Below are positions 63,867-64,000 of a stretch of DNA of 64,000 nt, one piece after another (positions within the stretch are counted from its first letter, which is position 1; the number at the start of each line of letters is the position of its first letter). The notes beneath the pieces were generated by a model. The model made no database searches and was not told where the DNA came from. It saw only the letters and a program-made list of their open reading frames with translations. Position numbers and translations under genes: made by a program. The stretch is from Geosiphon pyriformis uo1. Its lineage: Eukaryota; Fungi; Glomeromycota. The stretch covers positions 2,275,622-2,339,621 of the forward strand of contig JAAOMT010000436.1 of assembly GCA_016748015.1 (NCBI GenBank), given 5' to 3'.

Positions 63867-64000
63867 ATAAATACATCATTTCCAAAACAGAGGTATCTTC
63901 AATCGACATAAACAATTATTTTCTGGATCAAAACATTCAAAATGCCTTCTATACTCTCCATAAGTATTGGATTAAAAACTATCCAAATGCTACTTTGACC

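Larger units (their letters stand above)
51569..64000 (+). mobile_element. Family-A element A4 (5' LTR 51569-52270; gag 52323-59804 split by D1; pol 59795-63866; ORF3 start; continues past window)
   Basis: LTR with seven 12-bp units, PBS 52277-52293; gag rejoins across D1 (IVG|GY); PR, RT (YLDN), RH and INT. Confidence 0.95.

Overview
AT-rich eukaryotic (fungal) heterochromatin-like DNA. Protein style, short AT-rich introns and TE types suggest Glomeromycotina, possibly Geosiphon-like; this is inference, not a database result. One intact host gene, a 6-exon ZPR1 (7785-9625, minus), sits as a small island among nested, mostly decayed retrotransposons. I resolve four non-chromovirus Ty3/gypsy families (my labels A-D; TG..CA LTRs, tRNA PBS, PPT, 4-bp TSDs) plus a 5'-truncated LINE. 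Nesting reaches five levels: B0>A3>C2>A4>D1; B0>LINE>C1>B1; B-LTR>C0>A-LTR>A1. Families B, C and D carry a Cys-rich putative zinc-binding region and a dUTPase between protease and RT, and their Gag ORFs begin at a conserved GTG. Family A has a UUUAAAC -1 frameshift site. The most interesting candidate system is a conserved, non-envelope extra ORF (ORF3) between integrase and PPT. It has its own TATA box in families A, B and C, and each family has a different tandem-repeat array in its LTR U3; together these could be an element-encoded trans-acting factor and its binding sites. All TEs show heavy two-stranded C>T/G>A decay that the host gene lacks. Coordinates were read by eye and may be off by a few bases.
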